Below are positions 29,265 to 37,558 of a stretch of 64,000 nucleotides of DNA, in pieces. The notes below the pieces were generated by a model. That model was not told the origin of the DNA and did not search any database. It saw nothing but the letters and a program-made list of their open reading frames with translations. The stretch covers positions 62,046-126,045 of the forward strand of contig JAOZFH010000026.1 of assembly GCA_027491415.1 (NCBI GenBank), read 5' to 3'. The position numbers and the translations under genes were made by a program. The stretch's first letter is position 1. Each line of letters opens with the position of its first letter. The DNA is from Thermoproteota archaeon. GTDB lineage: Archaea > Korarchaeota > Korarchaeia > Korarchaeales > Korarchaeaceae.

Positions 29265-31865
29265 TCAGCCTCCCGGAGAGATTACCGGCTCGACGGTGAT
29301 CGGCGTCGGCCAGGTGATCTCGACGATGTTGTTGTGCTCCGGCGGCACCCACGGAGCCGGCGGGGCGACTCCAGGCAGGAGCGCCACGACTATCAGCGCC
29401 GGCGGGTGCTCCTCGTCGGTGCCAGCGAGGTAGTAGTAGGTCGGGATGTCTTCAGGCACCCTGACGACCTTGGTCGGGTCGGCAAGGGCGACGGCTGCCG
29501 CGTAGGTGCCGTACCTGTTGTTGCCCGCAACGACGAGGATGTAGTTCTCCTCCTCACCCCACGGATCCTCCTTAGCGTACTGGATCACGCCCAGGCCGCC
29601 CACGAAGGACACGGTGTGAGCGCCGATCCAGGTCCTGACCCTCTCGAGATCCACGTAGCCCTCGTCCTCGTAGACGCCGTCGTGGTAGAACCTCATGTCG
29701 TAGAGCCTGTCGCCGACGTAGACTATCCAGAGCAGGCCGGTGTCGTTCAGGTAGTCGACGGCCCTGTTCACGACTGGACCGCCGATGAGTATCAGGTTCT
29801 TGTCGGCGAGATCGGGGTTGATGACCTCGTAGTTCTCGTCGAGGAACTGGTAATCGGTCCATACAAGCGGAGCCTTAACGAAGCTGAAGACGTCCTCCAG
29901 CTCGAAGACCTGGTCCTTCTCGCTGGCGGGCGTGATGTCCCTGTTGTACTCGTCTAGCAGGGTGGTGCCGGTCCAGTTGCCGGTGACGTTCTCGAACCTG
30001 TCGTAGACGCCAGCGAAGACGCCGGTCACGTTGACCGGGTAGATCTCGTGGGTCTCGTAGAGCCAGACGGCCGGGTCGACCGCATAGGAGAAGTCGTTCA
30101 GGGTCTGGTTGGGATCGAAGGTCGGGTCGATCTCAAGGAAGGTCAGGGCTTCGGTCCAGAGGCAGAACTCCGTCCTGATGTCCTCGTTGCCCTCCTCGTA
30201 GAGGAACACGCCGAAGTCGGTCCACTCCCAGCAGTTGGCCACGCCGCAGTCGGCCGTACCGTCGTTGTAGGCCTTAGAAACCTCCAGGTTGTCGAACACG
30301 AAGGTGTTGTCGCCGTAGGTCTTCTTCTCGCCGAGGTGCCAGGTGCCGTTCTCGGGTATCACGTACCAGTATACGTTGTCGTCACCGGGGTAGGTGTAGC
30401 TCACGATGCCGTAGATGTGGTCGTAGGGCAGCTTGTCCCACGGGTCCATCTTGACGGAGAACGGCCCCATAGCGTTCCCGGCGGCGGTTCCGTTGATGTA
30501 GATGTAGCCCACGAAGTAGCCGTCCTCGATCCACCACTCGAAGGTATTGCCCTGGGCCTGTGGGAGGGCGCCGTTGTCGGCCGGCACGAAGACATCAGCG
30601 GGCCAGCTGTCCTCCAGCTCGGTGACCTCAAGGATGCCGTCGTCGTCGGTGTCGATCCTCTCGAAGACGTGCTTGTCGATCCACGGGCTGCTGAGCATGA
30701 CCTCCATGTAGTCGTCGTCGGTGTCGATCCTGTAGATGTACAGGAAGAACACCATGTTGTAGCCGCCGCCCTCAAGCCTGTTGGCGCCCAAGTCGAAGAG
30801 GTAGATGAACAGCTTGTTCACGTTGCCCTCGGCGTCGGTGGTGTACTCGAGGTTCAGCATGGTCTTGACCGGGCCGCCCTCGGACTCCCTGACTATGAAG
30901 GAGGCGTCCGTGTCGGTGATGTCGTCGACCTCGACCCAGTAGCCGAGGAACGGCACGTAGTAGTCCTTGCCCTCCTCGAGGATGGCGGTGCCAACGGGGG
31001 TCGTGGAGAACAGCATGGCAAAGCCGGGCTTGTTGAGGGAGTAGTTCTCCTGGAAGCCCGTGTAGATGTCCTCAGAGGTTATGTAGGTTGCGGTGCCGGC
31101 GGTGCTCCCGAAGACCGGGTTGTTGTAGCCGACGGTCACGGTGCCGGCGAGCGGGCCGGCGCCCATCTGATTGTAGCCGCTGATGATCCAGACGGTGCCG
31201 CCCGTGTCAGTCAGCTTTGCGAACAGAACGTTGTCACCGAGGATGTCGTAGTCGTCGTCAGTCAGCTTGTAGCCCACACTGTAGACGAGCACGGGGGCCT
31301 TGCACTCCATGACGCCGAGGTCGGGGCACGCCGGGCAGACTGGGATGCTCTCGATGGTCTCGTTGTAGTACCCGGTGGCCACCAACAGGTAGTCGGGGGC
31401 GAAGGTCTCGGTGTCGAGCGGGAAGGCCACCTGGTCCGGGAAGCTGTCGCTGAACGGTGGGGTGGTTATTCCGTCACCGAACCTGAACCACAGGCCCTCC
31501 CCGCCGTAGGTCCCGCCCCAGCTCCAGGCCTTGTAGGCGTAGTGCCACAGGTCGGCGGTCAGCTCCTCGATCCAGTAGTCTGTGCCCTTGAGGTTGGGGG
31601 CCTTGGTGTAGTAGAGGTGTGATCCTATCTTGACTCCGATCAGCGCGGCGCCCCTCACGTCCTCCGCGGCGGCGGCAATGCCGGGCTTCTGCCCGCCAAT
31701 TATTATGGCGATGTCTGGAACTCCGTCGCCGTCGTAGTCGATGGTGCCGTTCTGCACGAAGGGCTTCGGGAACTCCCTTATCAGAGGCGCAGCTGCCAGC
31801 GGGAGCGCGGAGACCCCCACCAGCACGGCCAGCAGGGCAGCGAAGGCTGCCTTTCTCCAGTCCAT
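29265..31865 (-). CDS. S-layer protein (Methanococcales/Thermococcales-type N- and C-terminal domains)
   Basis: Signal peptide; FPKPFV.NG, IIIG..AAAAEDV.GAA.I; NLILIGGPVVN; VVAG.NR.GT.AA; very acidic, many sequons, extreme codon bias, strong SD GGAGGTGA. Confidence 0.85.
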   Translation of the reverse strand: MDWRKAAFAALLAVLVGVSALPLAAAPLIREFPKPFVQNGTIDYDGDGVPDIAIIIGGQKPGIAAAAEDVRGAALIGVKIGSHLYYTKAPNLKGTDYWIEELTADLWHYAYKAWSWGGTYGGEGLWFRFGDGITTPPFSDSFPDQVAFPLDTETFAPDYLLVATGYYNETIESIPVCPACPDLGVMECKAPVLVYSVGYKLTDDDYDILGDNVLFAKLTDTGGTVWIISGYNQMGAGPLAGTVTVGYNNPVFGSTAGTATYITSEDIYTGFQENYSLNKPGFAMLFSTTPVGTAILEEGKDYYVPFLGYWVEVDDITDTDASFIVRESEGGPVKTMLNLEYTTDAEGNVNKLFIYLFDLGANRLEGGGYNMVFFLYIYRIDTDDDYMEVMLSSPWIDKHVFERIDTDDDGILEVTELEDSWPADVFVPADNGALPQAQGNTFEWWIEDGYFVGYIYINGTAAGNAMGPFSVKMDPWDKLPYDHIYGIVSYTYPGDDNVYWYVIPENGTWHLGEKKTYGDNTFVFDNLEVSKAYNDGTADCGVANCWEWTDFGVFLYEEGNEDIRTEFCLWTEALTFLEIDPTFDPNQTLNDFSYAVDPAVWLYETHEIYPVNVTGVFAGVYDRFENVTGNWTGTTLLDEYNRDITPASEKDQVFELEDVFSFVKAPLVWTDYQFLDENYEVINPDLADKNLILIGGPVVNRAVDYLNDTGLLWIVYVGDRLYDMRFYHDGVYEDEGYVDLERVRTWIGAHTVSFVGGLGVIQYAKEDPWGEEENYILVVAGNNRYGTYAAAVALADPTKVVRVPEDIPTYYYLAGTDEEHPPALIVVALLPGVAPPAPWVPPEHNNIVEITWPTPITVEPVISPGG

Positions 31866-31933
31866 ACTTCTTCACCTCCCCCGCGTGACCTTTTGGCGGT
31901 CGAGCGGGGGCTGGCATCACCCACGTCGGGAGA

Positions 31934-31983
31934 CTATTAATGGGTTTCCCAGTTAAACGTTGCAAACCGTTGCACAACGGTTT
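31934..31983 (-). promoter_or_regulatory. S-layer gene BRE/TATA plus upstream 20-bp inverted repeat
   Basis: Minus strand GAAACCC-ATTAATAG; AAACCGTTG-CA-CAACGGTTT at 31964-31983. Confidence 0.6.
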
Positions 31984-32144
31984 CAGAGGAATGAACGGAG
32001 AGATATACGCATTAACGGCCGCGCCGGTCGCCGAGACGGCGAGGTGAACGATCCCGCCGCCGAATCTGTGAGCGAAACGTCGACCAGTTATTCGACGATC
32101 GACTAAGTTTAAGCCTATATTCGGAATTGAACGCGCAGACCCGA

Positions 32145-32220
32145 GCCCCGGTAGCTCAGCTGGCAGAGCGGCGGACTTGTAATCCGCAGGCCGCGGGTTC
32201 GAATCCCGCCCGGGGCTCCA
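32145..32220 (+). tRNA. tRNA-Thr(TGT), intronless, CCA encoded
   Basis: GCCCCGG acceptor, GCGGA-CTTGTAA-TCCGC anticodon arm, GGTTCGAATCC, ends TCCA; TTTAAG TATA upstream. Confidence 0.95.
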
Positions 32221-32293
32221 ATCTGCTACAACAAACATCAGAGGGGCCGCGCCACTCCATACAAACCATCCCAGCGAGAAGATTTGGGCCACT

Positions 32294-32428
32294 TCACCTT
32301 CTCCTTGGCCCCCTATATGGCGGAGGGCCGGGAGGAGATGTGGGCGAGCCGCAGAGGGGACACGTCTCCCTGAACGTGTATGTGAGGCAGACGCTGCATC
32401 TCCTCATGAGGACCTTGGGCAAGGCCAT
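32294..32428 (-). CDS. nop10: Nop10 (H/ACA RNP), short form; not in ORF track
   Basis: MALPKVLMRRCSVCLTYTFRETCPLCGSPTSPPGPPPYRGPRRR; zinc knuckle C..C..YT....CP.CG; follows aIF2-alpha as in the conserved operon. Confidence 0.82.
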   Translation of the reverse strand: MALPKVLMRRCSVCLTYTFRETCPLCGSPTSPPGPPPYRGPRRR

Positions 32429-32437
32429 CGCCCCCTG

Positions 32438-33253
32438 TCACGCCTCCGCCGTGCGCTTCCTGATCTCGCGCTCGGCAACCACCTCGGCCCTGCCCCCTGA
32501 GGACCTGACCTCCTCCAGTATCCTTTTGGTGGCCGTGGTGGCCATTCGCCTGACGAGGGATGGGTCCCTGCTGCTGACCCTGACGACGTATCTCGGGGCC
32601 CCCGCCGTGAAGGCCTCGATCGCCACCTTTTCGGACTGTATGGACGTGCCCTTCAGGAGGGCGTCCCTGATTACCTCCACGCCGTCGGGGGATGTGGAGA
32701 CCAGCTTGAGCGTAACTTCCTTTATGTACAGCGGGGGCTTCAGCTGCTCTCTTATCAGGGGGACCAGCTGCCCCGCAATGCCCTTGGGAATTCCCAGCCT
32801 GTCTAAGACCTCCGGATGCCCAAGCGCATCCTCTAGGGCCTCGAGGGCCGATTCGTAGACATCCTCGATCTGAGCCAGAATTCTCTTGGCGGTCTCCTCC
32901 GGATCCCGGACGCCCGCCCTCGTTGCGGCCACTCGGATCAAAGAGAGGGCCCTAGACCTCTCCTTCCACTCCCTCAGCTTTCGTTCCGCCTGATCCCTGC
33001 TGACGTATCGGAGGGAGAGGTCAACCTGCTGCCTCGCCCTGTCCGCCCGTATTACCCTGCCGACTACGCGGTCTCCCTCCTTAACGAAGTCGCGTATGTC
33101 CTTGATCCTCCCGGAGGCCACGTGACCTCTGGGTATGTACGCCTCTAGGCCGTCGTACTCCTCTAGTTCGGCGATGACCCCGTGCTCCTCGACCCTCTTG
33201 ATCGTTGCGACGACCAGCTCGTTTCGGCGGGGGAAGTCCCGGGGCATCCTCAT
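32438..33253 (-). CDS. eif2a: Translation initiation factor aIF2 alpha
   Basis: S1 domain (ELVVATI, LEEY, VDLSLR), AGAPRY. Confidence 0.93.
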   Translation of the reverse strand: MRMPRDFPRRNELVVATIKRVEEHGVIAELEEYDGLEAYIPRGHVASGRIKDIRDFVKEGDRVVGRVIRADRARQQVDLSLRYVSRDQAERKLREWKERSRALSLIRVAATRAGVRDPEETAKRILAQIEDVYESALEALEDALGHPEVLDRLGIPKGIAGQLVPLIREQLKPPLYIKEVTLKLVSTSPDGVEVIRDALLKGTSIQSEKVAIEAFTAGAPRYVVRVSSRDPSLVRRMATTATKRILEEVRSSGGRAEVVAEREIRKRTAEA

Positions 33254-33478
33254 TCACTCCGCGAGCTTTCCGTAAACGGCCATGATGGGGGCGTGTATCC
33301 TTGCCTTGCCCCCGGTGGGTTCAGCCAGTACCTCGTCGCAAACCAGACAGCGGACCACGCGAGATGCGTGGGAGAAAATCGTCTGCTCGTTTCCACACTT
33401 GGGACACTTAACCCTGACGAAGTACGAGCGCGGCAGGGGGATTGGGGCCTTCTTCCGGCTCCTGCCCACTAACACCAC
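33254..33478 (-). CDS. rps27e: 30S ribosomal protein eS27
   Basis: [22 protein letters not shown]...CLVC...PTGGKA; start may be 33469. Confidence 0.95.
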   Translation of the reverse strand: MVLVGRSRKKAPIPLPRSYFVRVKCPKCGNEQTIFSHASRVVRCLVCDEVLAEPTGGKARIHAPIMAVYGKLAE

Positions 33479-33479
33479 C

Positions 33480-33758
33480 TCACCTGACTATCTCGACCCT
33501 GCTGAGCCTGCCCAGACTCCTCAGCTGTTTCCTGCCGCACCGAGAGCATGTCAGGACTAGCACCGCCTTCTTGTTGATCTTGGCCTTCCTCTTCAGCATT
33601 CCCCTCGGCTCTCCGCCGTAACCGCGCCTCTTCCTCTTGAGCTGCCTGGCTCCCCACGAGAGGGTCCTCTGCCTGCCCGCCTTGTAGAGGGAGACCTTGT
33701 GCTCTGTGTGGGTCCCGCACTTGGGGCAGTAGGTCCTAATCTTGCTCGGCACCCTCAT
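33480..33758 (-). CDS. rpl44e: 50S ribosomal protein eL42 (L44e)
   Basis: [28 protein letters not shown]. Confidence 0.95.
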   Translation of the reverse strand: MRVPSKIRTYCPKCGTHTEHKVSLYKAGRQRTLSWGARQLKRKRRGYGGEPRGMLKRKAKINKKAVLVLTCSRCGRKQLRSLGRLSRVEIVR

Positions 33759-34266
33759 TCCCTATCAACACCTCCACGACTCCCCTAGCCTCCAGGGCTG
33801 CGGCATCCTCGACCGGGAGGAGGCAGACATCGCCCTCCCGGAAGGGCCCGTAAACCCTCAGGTCCGACGCCACGAACTCCCCCAAGGGTGTTTTAAACGT
33901 TACTAAAACCTTCCCGCGCGGGAGTTTCGGCGGCTTGAGGGGTTCAACCACCAGGGCTGACTCGCCCCTGACCGTTGACCCGCCCTCGGTGCTTGTCGGC
34001 GAGTCGCCGCGTTGGGACCCTAGCTTGCCAGCCGTCCCAGATTTGGCCCTGCGTATCCTCTCGAGCGTAGTCGTCAGCTCCTGACAAACTCCGGCGAGGG
34101 TCTCTACGACCCTCCTGGCCTCTTCTCCAGTGGCCGAATTCCTGAGTGATCGGATCCACTCATCTACCCGCTGGAACAAGCCCTCAGGGAGTTCCTCTAG
34201 CTGATCTGAGGTCAGCTCCCTGATCAGAGCGTCGACCAGCTCTCGGTAGGGGTTTGAAGAGCTCAA
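33736..34266 (-). CDS. GINS subunit (Gins15/51-like)
   Basis: LEELPEGLF, IRRAK, C-terminal B-domain FVASDLRVYGPFREGDVCLLP; lies between priS and eL42. Confidence 0.78.
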   Translation of the reverse strand: MSSSNPYRELVDALIRELTSDQLEELPEGLFQRVDEWIRSLRNSATGEEARRVVETLAGVCQELTTTLERIRRAKSGTAGKLGSQRGDSPTSTEGGSTVRGESALVVEPLKPPKLPRGKVLVTFKTPLGEFVASDLRVYGPFREGDVCLLPVEDAAALEARGVVEVLIGNEGAEQD

Positions 34267-35453
34267 GGTATGACACCCCTGCCCTTCAGGAGGATCAGGG
34301 CGGCCGCGAACATCGGCAGGTCTACCCCCACGCCCGGCTCATAGGGTCCGAAAGACTCGCCCTTAACCCTGAACCTCGGCACGGGCGCCGTGGTGAACAC
34401 CCTTATTTGATCGTCGGATAGCCCCACCGCATCCCCCAGGGGTTGGAAGTCCCTCAGCTCGTCAGGAGAGAGGGCCATGGCCCTCAGACCCGTCTTGCCG
34501 TGCAGGCTGTTGGGTATCCTCGTGAGCCTGCTCGTGTCGGGCGTAACCATCTCGTCTATCCTCACTCGGCGTGCCTGAACTATCTCCTCCGCCATCCTCC
34601 TCAGGTCTCTGACGAGCGCTCGGGTAGGGTTAATCAGCGGCACCCCCTCGCCGAGCGCCCTTACCAACTCCCCCCTCCTCTCAGCCACGCTGCTTGGCAG
34701 CGCCGTTTTTCCGCCGCTCGACCCCTCGAGCAGTTGAAGCATCTCCCTGGCTATCCTACCCCTCCAACCCCCCTCGTCGACCCTGGGCGTGGTGAGAACC
34801 GATCCCTTAACGTAGAAAACCTCCTCCGGGTCGAACGACAGGCCGGACACGTGGGATGCGAGCTCTCTCCTCTCCTCCTTGCCGAGCCCGAGAAAGCGCT
34901 CCGAGAGGATCCTCACGTGGTACCCCCTGTGCCCCGTGTAGTAGACCATCAGCTCATCCCCAGAGACCCCGAGGTCCGACTCGAGGATCTCCAGGAGCCG
35001 GATCGCCTCCCTCTTGGCGGCCTCCAGGCAACCCTCCGAGAGCCAGTCCAGCCTCTCCAGGTCCCGTGATCCGCACTTCGGACAGGCGTCGGGGGGTGCC
35101 CCATCTCCGGACTCCCCGCACGACTTGCACCGCCAGGCGAGTCCGTAGTCGCACTCGTCCACGCCCAAGTGATCCGCGTCTATGTCGAACAGCACCTCGG
35201 CCCCCTTGAGGCCTTTCTCCGCCATGGACTTGGCCGCCGGTCTCTCGTACAGTCCCACGGAGTAGTAAGCGTGCCTTGGAGCCTCCCTCGCGAGCATAGC
35301 CCTCAGCGACTCCAGGTTCTTGACGGAGACATGCCTGATCACCGTTCCGTCGAAGGTGACCATCATGATCTCGCGAAGGTCGATCCGCGGGACGAAGATC
35401 GAGCGAGATCGGAGGGCGTAGTACTCTCTGAATGCGGCGCGAAGCGGGTTCAA
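34263..35453 (-). CDS. priS: DNA primase catalytic subunit PriS (with zinc-ribbon insert)
   Basis: FDIDAD, YTGHRGYH, IDEMVT.D..RL.R.P.SLH. Confidence 0.94.
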   Translation of the reverse strand: MNPLRAAFREYYALRSRSIFVPRIDLREIMMVTFDGTVIRHVSVKNLESLRAMLAREAPRHAYYSVGLYERPAAKSMAEKGLKGAEVLFDIDADHLGVDECDYGLAWRCKSCGESGDGAPPDACPKCGSRDLERLDWLSEGCLEAAKREAIRLLEILESDLGVSGDELMVYYTGHRGYHVRILSERFLGLGKEERRELASHVSGLSFDPEEVFYVKGSVLTTPRVDEGGWRGRIAREMLQLLEGSSGGKTALPSSVAERRGELVRALGEGVPLINPTRALVRDLRRMAEEIVQARRVRIDEMVTPDTSRLTRIPNSLHGKTGLRAMALSPDELRDFQPLGDAVGLSDDQIRVFTTAPVPRFRVKGESFGPYEPGVGVDLPMFAAALILLKGRGVIP

Positions 35454-36415
35454 CGCCTCCTCCTCCCTCGCCTCCCATACGACAGTGGAGACTTGACCCC
35501 GCAGTCCTCGACGCAGATTCCCCAGCTCCTGAGGGTCTCGCAGTTGGGCGGGTTGTATCCCCCCTTGGCGATGTGGCTGACCTGGTATCTCGCCACCCTC
35601 TCCTTGAAGTCGGGGGCGCTCCTGAAGAGGTCAACCACTCGGTCGACGGACCAGCCCACCCTGAGGAGGTATGCCGCCAGGGTGAATCTCTCCTGGTGGC
35701 TCATGTTCTCCCCCCTCTCCGCCTTCTCGACGAGCCTCTCTATGCAGGGGGGCAGGGCCTGCCGAGAAGGCCTCGAGGACTGGATGGATGACTTCCTCTC
35801 CTCGAGGCGTCTAGTCACCTCGGTTCCTATGGCCCTCAGGGGAGGGGACAGGGAGGGGCGAGGAGTCGGCTCCAAGAGGTGAGTCCTGAGAAGCTCCTGC
35901 AGGAGCCTGGCGAGCTCCCTCCTCCCCACCAGTACCTGACCGCTTCGGACATCCCGGTTGGCGAGTCTCCACCTGGGTCCGCCCAAACCGGCCGCGGCGC
36001 GAAGGTAGCTGGAGATGTCAATCCACGCCCTCTCTCCATCGAGTCTGATCGCTGCCCCCAGCTCCCCGCCTAGCCAGGCAAGTACGTGAATGGGTTCGTC
36101 CCTCGCAAGCCTGTGAAACCTCTTGGATTCGTGCTCCGCGACAAGCCGGTTGAGGAAGGGGTCTCCGATCCAGGAACTCACAAGTCTGACGATGAGGTAG
36201 GTTGCTACGGCGTCCAGAGGTGGGAGGTAGAGGTCGTCCAGGTACAGCCCGCCACCCACCGCCGAGAGCAGGCGACCCCTCGCGTGCCGCCTGCTCTGCT
36301 CCAGCAGGGGATCATAGGCGAGATCCTTTTCGGTGAGGCCCTCCGACTCTATCAGGCGCTCCCCCAGCGATGTGAAGGGGTATCGAGAGGCCAGCGCCGG
36401 GTCGTGCTCCTCCAT
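35450..36415 (-). CDS. priL: DNA primase large subunit PriL
   Basis: RYPF, WRLANR, PPCI, H.ERF.LA.YL, RYQVSHI, C-terminal Cys cluster. Confidence 0.92.
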   Translation of the reverse strand: MEEHDPALASRYPFTSLGERLIESEGLTEKDLAYDPLLEQSRRHARGRLLSAVGGGLYLDDLYLPPLDAVATYLIVRLVSSWIGDPFLNRLVAEHESKRFHRLARDEPIHVLAWLGGELGAAIRLDGERAWIDISSYLRAAAGLGGPRWRLANRDVRSGQVLVGRRELARLLQELLRTHLLEPTPRPSLSPPLRAIGTEVTRRLEERKSSIQSSRPSRQALPPCIERLVEKAERGENMSHQERFTLAAYLLRVGWSVDRVVDLFRSAPDFKERVARYQVSHIAKGGYNPPNCETLRSWGICVEDCGVKSPLSYGRRGRRRR

Positions 36416-36425
36416 GAGGGGCCCG

Positions 36426-37217
36426 TCACATCCCCGCCACGTTGGCCAGGTAGTAGACGACCCTCGCGTCGGCGAACCCGCCGATGGAGTACTTCATCAT
36501 CATGGGCTTATCTGTGGCGATCTCCAGCGAGACCTCCGCCGAGATGTCCGCTGGCTTCACCATCTTCTCCAGGTACCCGAGCCCGTAGACGGCCCTGGCC
36601 GGCTCCTGGGCCCAGATGTCCAGCACGATGGGGTCGGTCTTCTCGATGGTTATCCTGGACTCCTGCCTCTCGCTCCGGGCCGCGAACTCGGTCCTCTCCC
36701 CGTCGATGGTTATCTCCACCTCGGACGATATCCCCTTGAGCTCCTTTATGATCTCGGGCATCTTCCTGCTGTCCATCCTGATGCCAGCCGTGAAGTTGAC
36801 CTTCAGGCTGCGGACCTGAAACTCTTCCGGGGGCAGGAGCGCCAGCCGATGGGTCCTCTTGAAGCCGTCCCTGAGGACTACTGTGAGGGAGTCCCTGGTG
36901 AGGTGGAACTCCACCCGATCGTCGGACTTGACTCTCTTCATCACCTTGGCGAGCTCGGTGAAGTTAACACCGAAGAAGGACTCTCCCTCAACCTGAATCT
37001 CGGAGAAGAAGGGCTTCGGGAGGAAGACTTGGACCATGGCTATCTTTGCCGGATCTAGAGCCTGGAGGACAAATCCCTCCTCCGGACTGACCTTGAAGGT
37101 CGCCTCCTCGATGAGCGCCTCCACCGCCTCCACTATCTTGCGGATGACCTTCCCCTCCTCAAACACGAGAACGACCTCTCCCCCTTCAACGCCCATATCC
37201 ATCCAACTCCCGCTCAT
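36426..37217 (-). CDS. pcna: PCNA sliding clamp
   Basis: LIEEATF, QALDPAKIAMV, YGLGYL, YYLA; start uncertain. Confidence 0.9.
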   Translation of the reverse strand: MSGSWMDMGVEGGEVVLVFEEGKVIRKIVEAVEALIEEATFKVSPEEGFVLQALDPAKIAMVQVFLPKPFFSEIQVEGESFFGVNFTELAKVMKRVKSDDRVEFHLTRDSLTVVLRDGFKRTHRLALLPPEEFQVRSLKVNFTAGIRMDSRKMPEIIKELKGISSEVEITIDGERTEFAARSERQESRITIEKTDPIVLDIWAQEPARAVYGLGYLEKMVKPADISAEVSLEIATDKPMMMKYSIGGFADARVVYYLANVAGM

Positions 37218-37540
37218 CCACTACGACCCGAAATCGCGTCTCGTCCCTCAACCTCCGCCACCAATTTTAGGGTTTCCTTCAGGAGGTCCAGATCCAGTCC
37301 GGTCACCTTCGTGACGGCCTCAGACTGGATCTCCGCAAAGCGGCCCACCGCGGCGACTACGCCAACCGCCAGCACCACGTCCCCGGGCGAAAACGCCTCA
37401 GCCAGATCCGCGTAGACCCTCGCCCTGCCCGTCCCGTCGTCGAGCACCAGATAGTTTTCGACCCTCTGCAAAATCACCCCCACGACCGCGGCGGGCTCAC
37501 CCTCCCTCAACAGGCTTATAGGCCTGATCCGCACCTCCAA
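37214..37540 (-). CDS. Small single-OB-fold protein (RPA14/RPA3-like)
   Basis: VVGVI, LVLDDGTG, GDVVLAVG, C-terminal LDLDL helix. Confidence 0.7.
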   Translation of the reverse strand: MEVRIRPISLLREGEPAAVVGVILQRVENYLVLDDGTGRARVYADLAEAFSPGDVVLAVGVVAAVGRFAEIQSEAVTKVTGLDLDLLKETLKLVAEVEGRDAISGRSG

Positions 37541-37558
37541 CTCCCTCCCGTTCCCATC

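Noticed and set aside
30048-31622. Long antisense ORF (524 aa) and other shadow ORFs such as 24362-25627 and 18862-20016
   Set aside because: Mirror frames of GC3-biased real genes with no recognisable motifs
25729-32220. Genomic island bounded by tRNA-Arg and tRNA-Thr
   Set aside because: No integrase, no duplicated tRNA 3' end, no obvious compositional shift; content looks like core envelope genes
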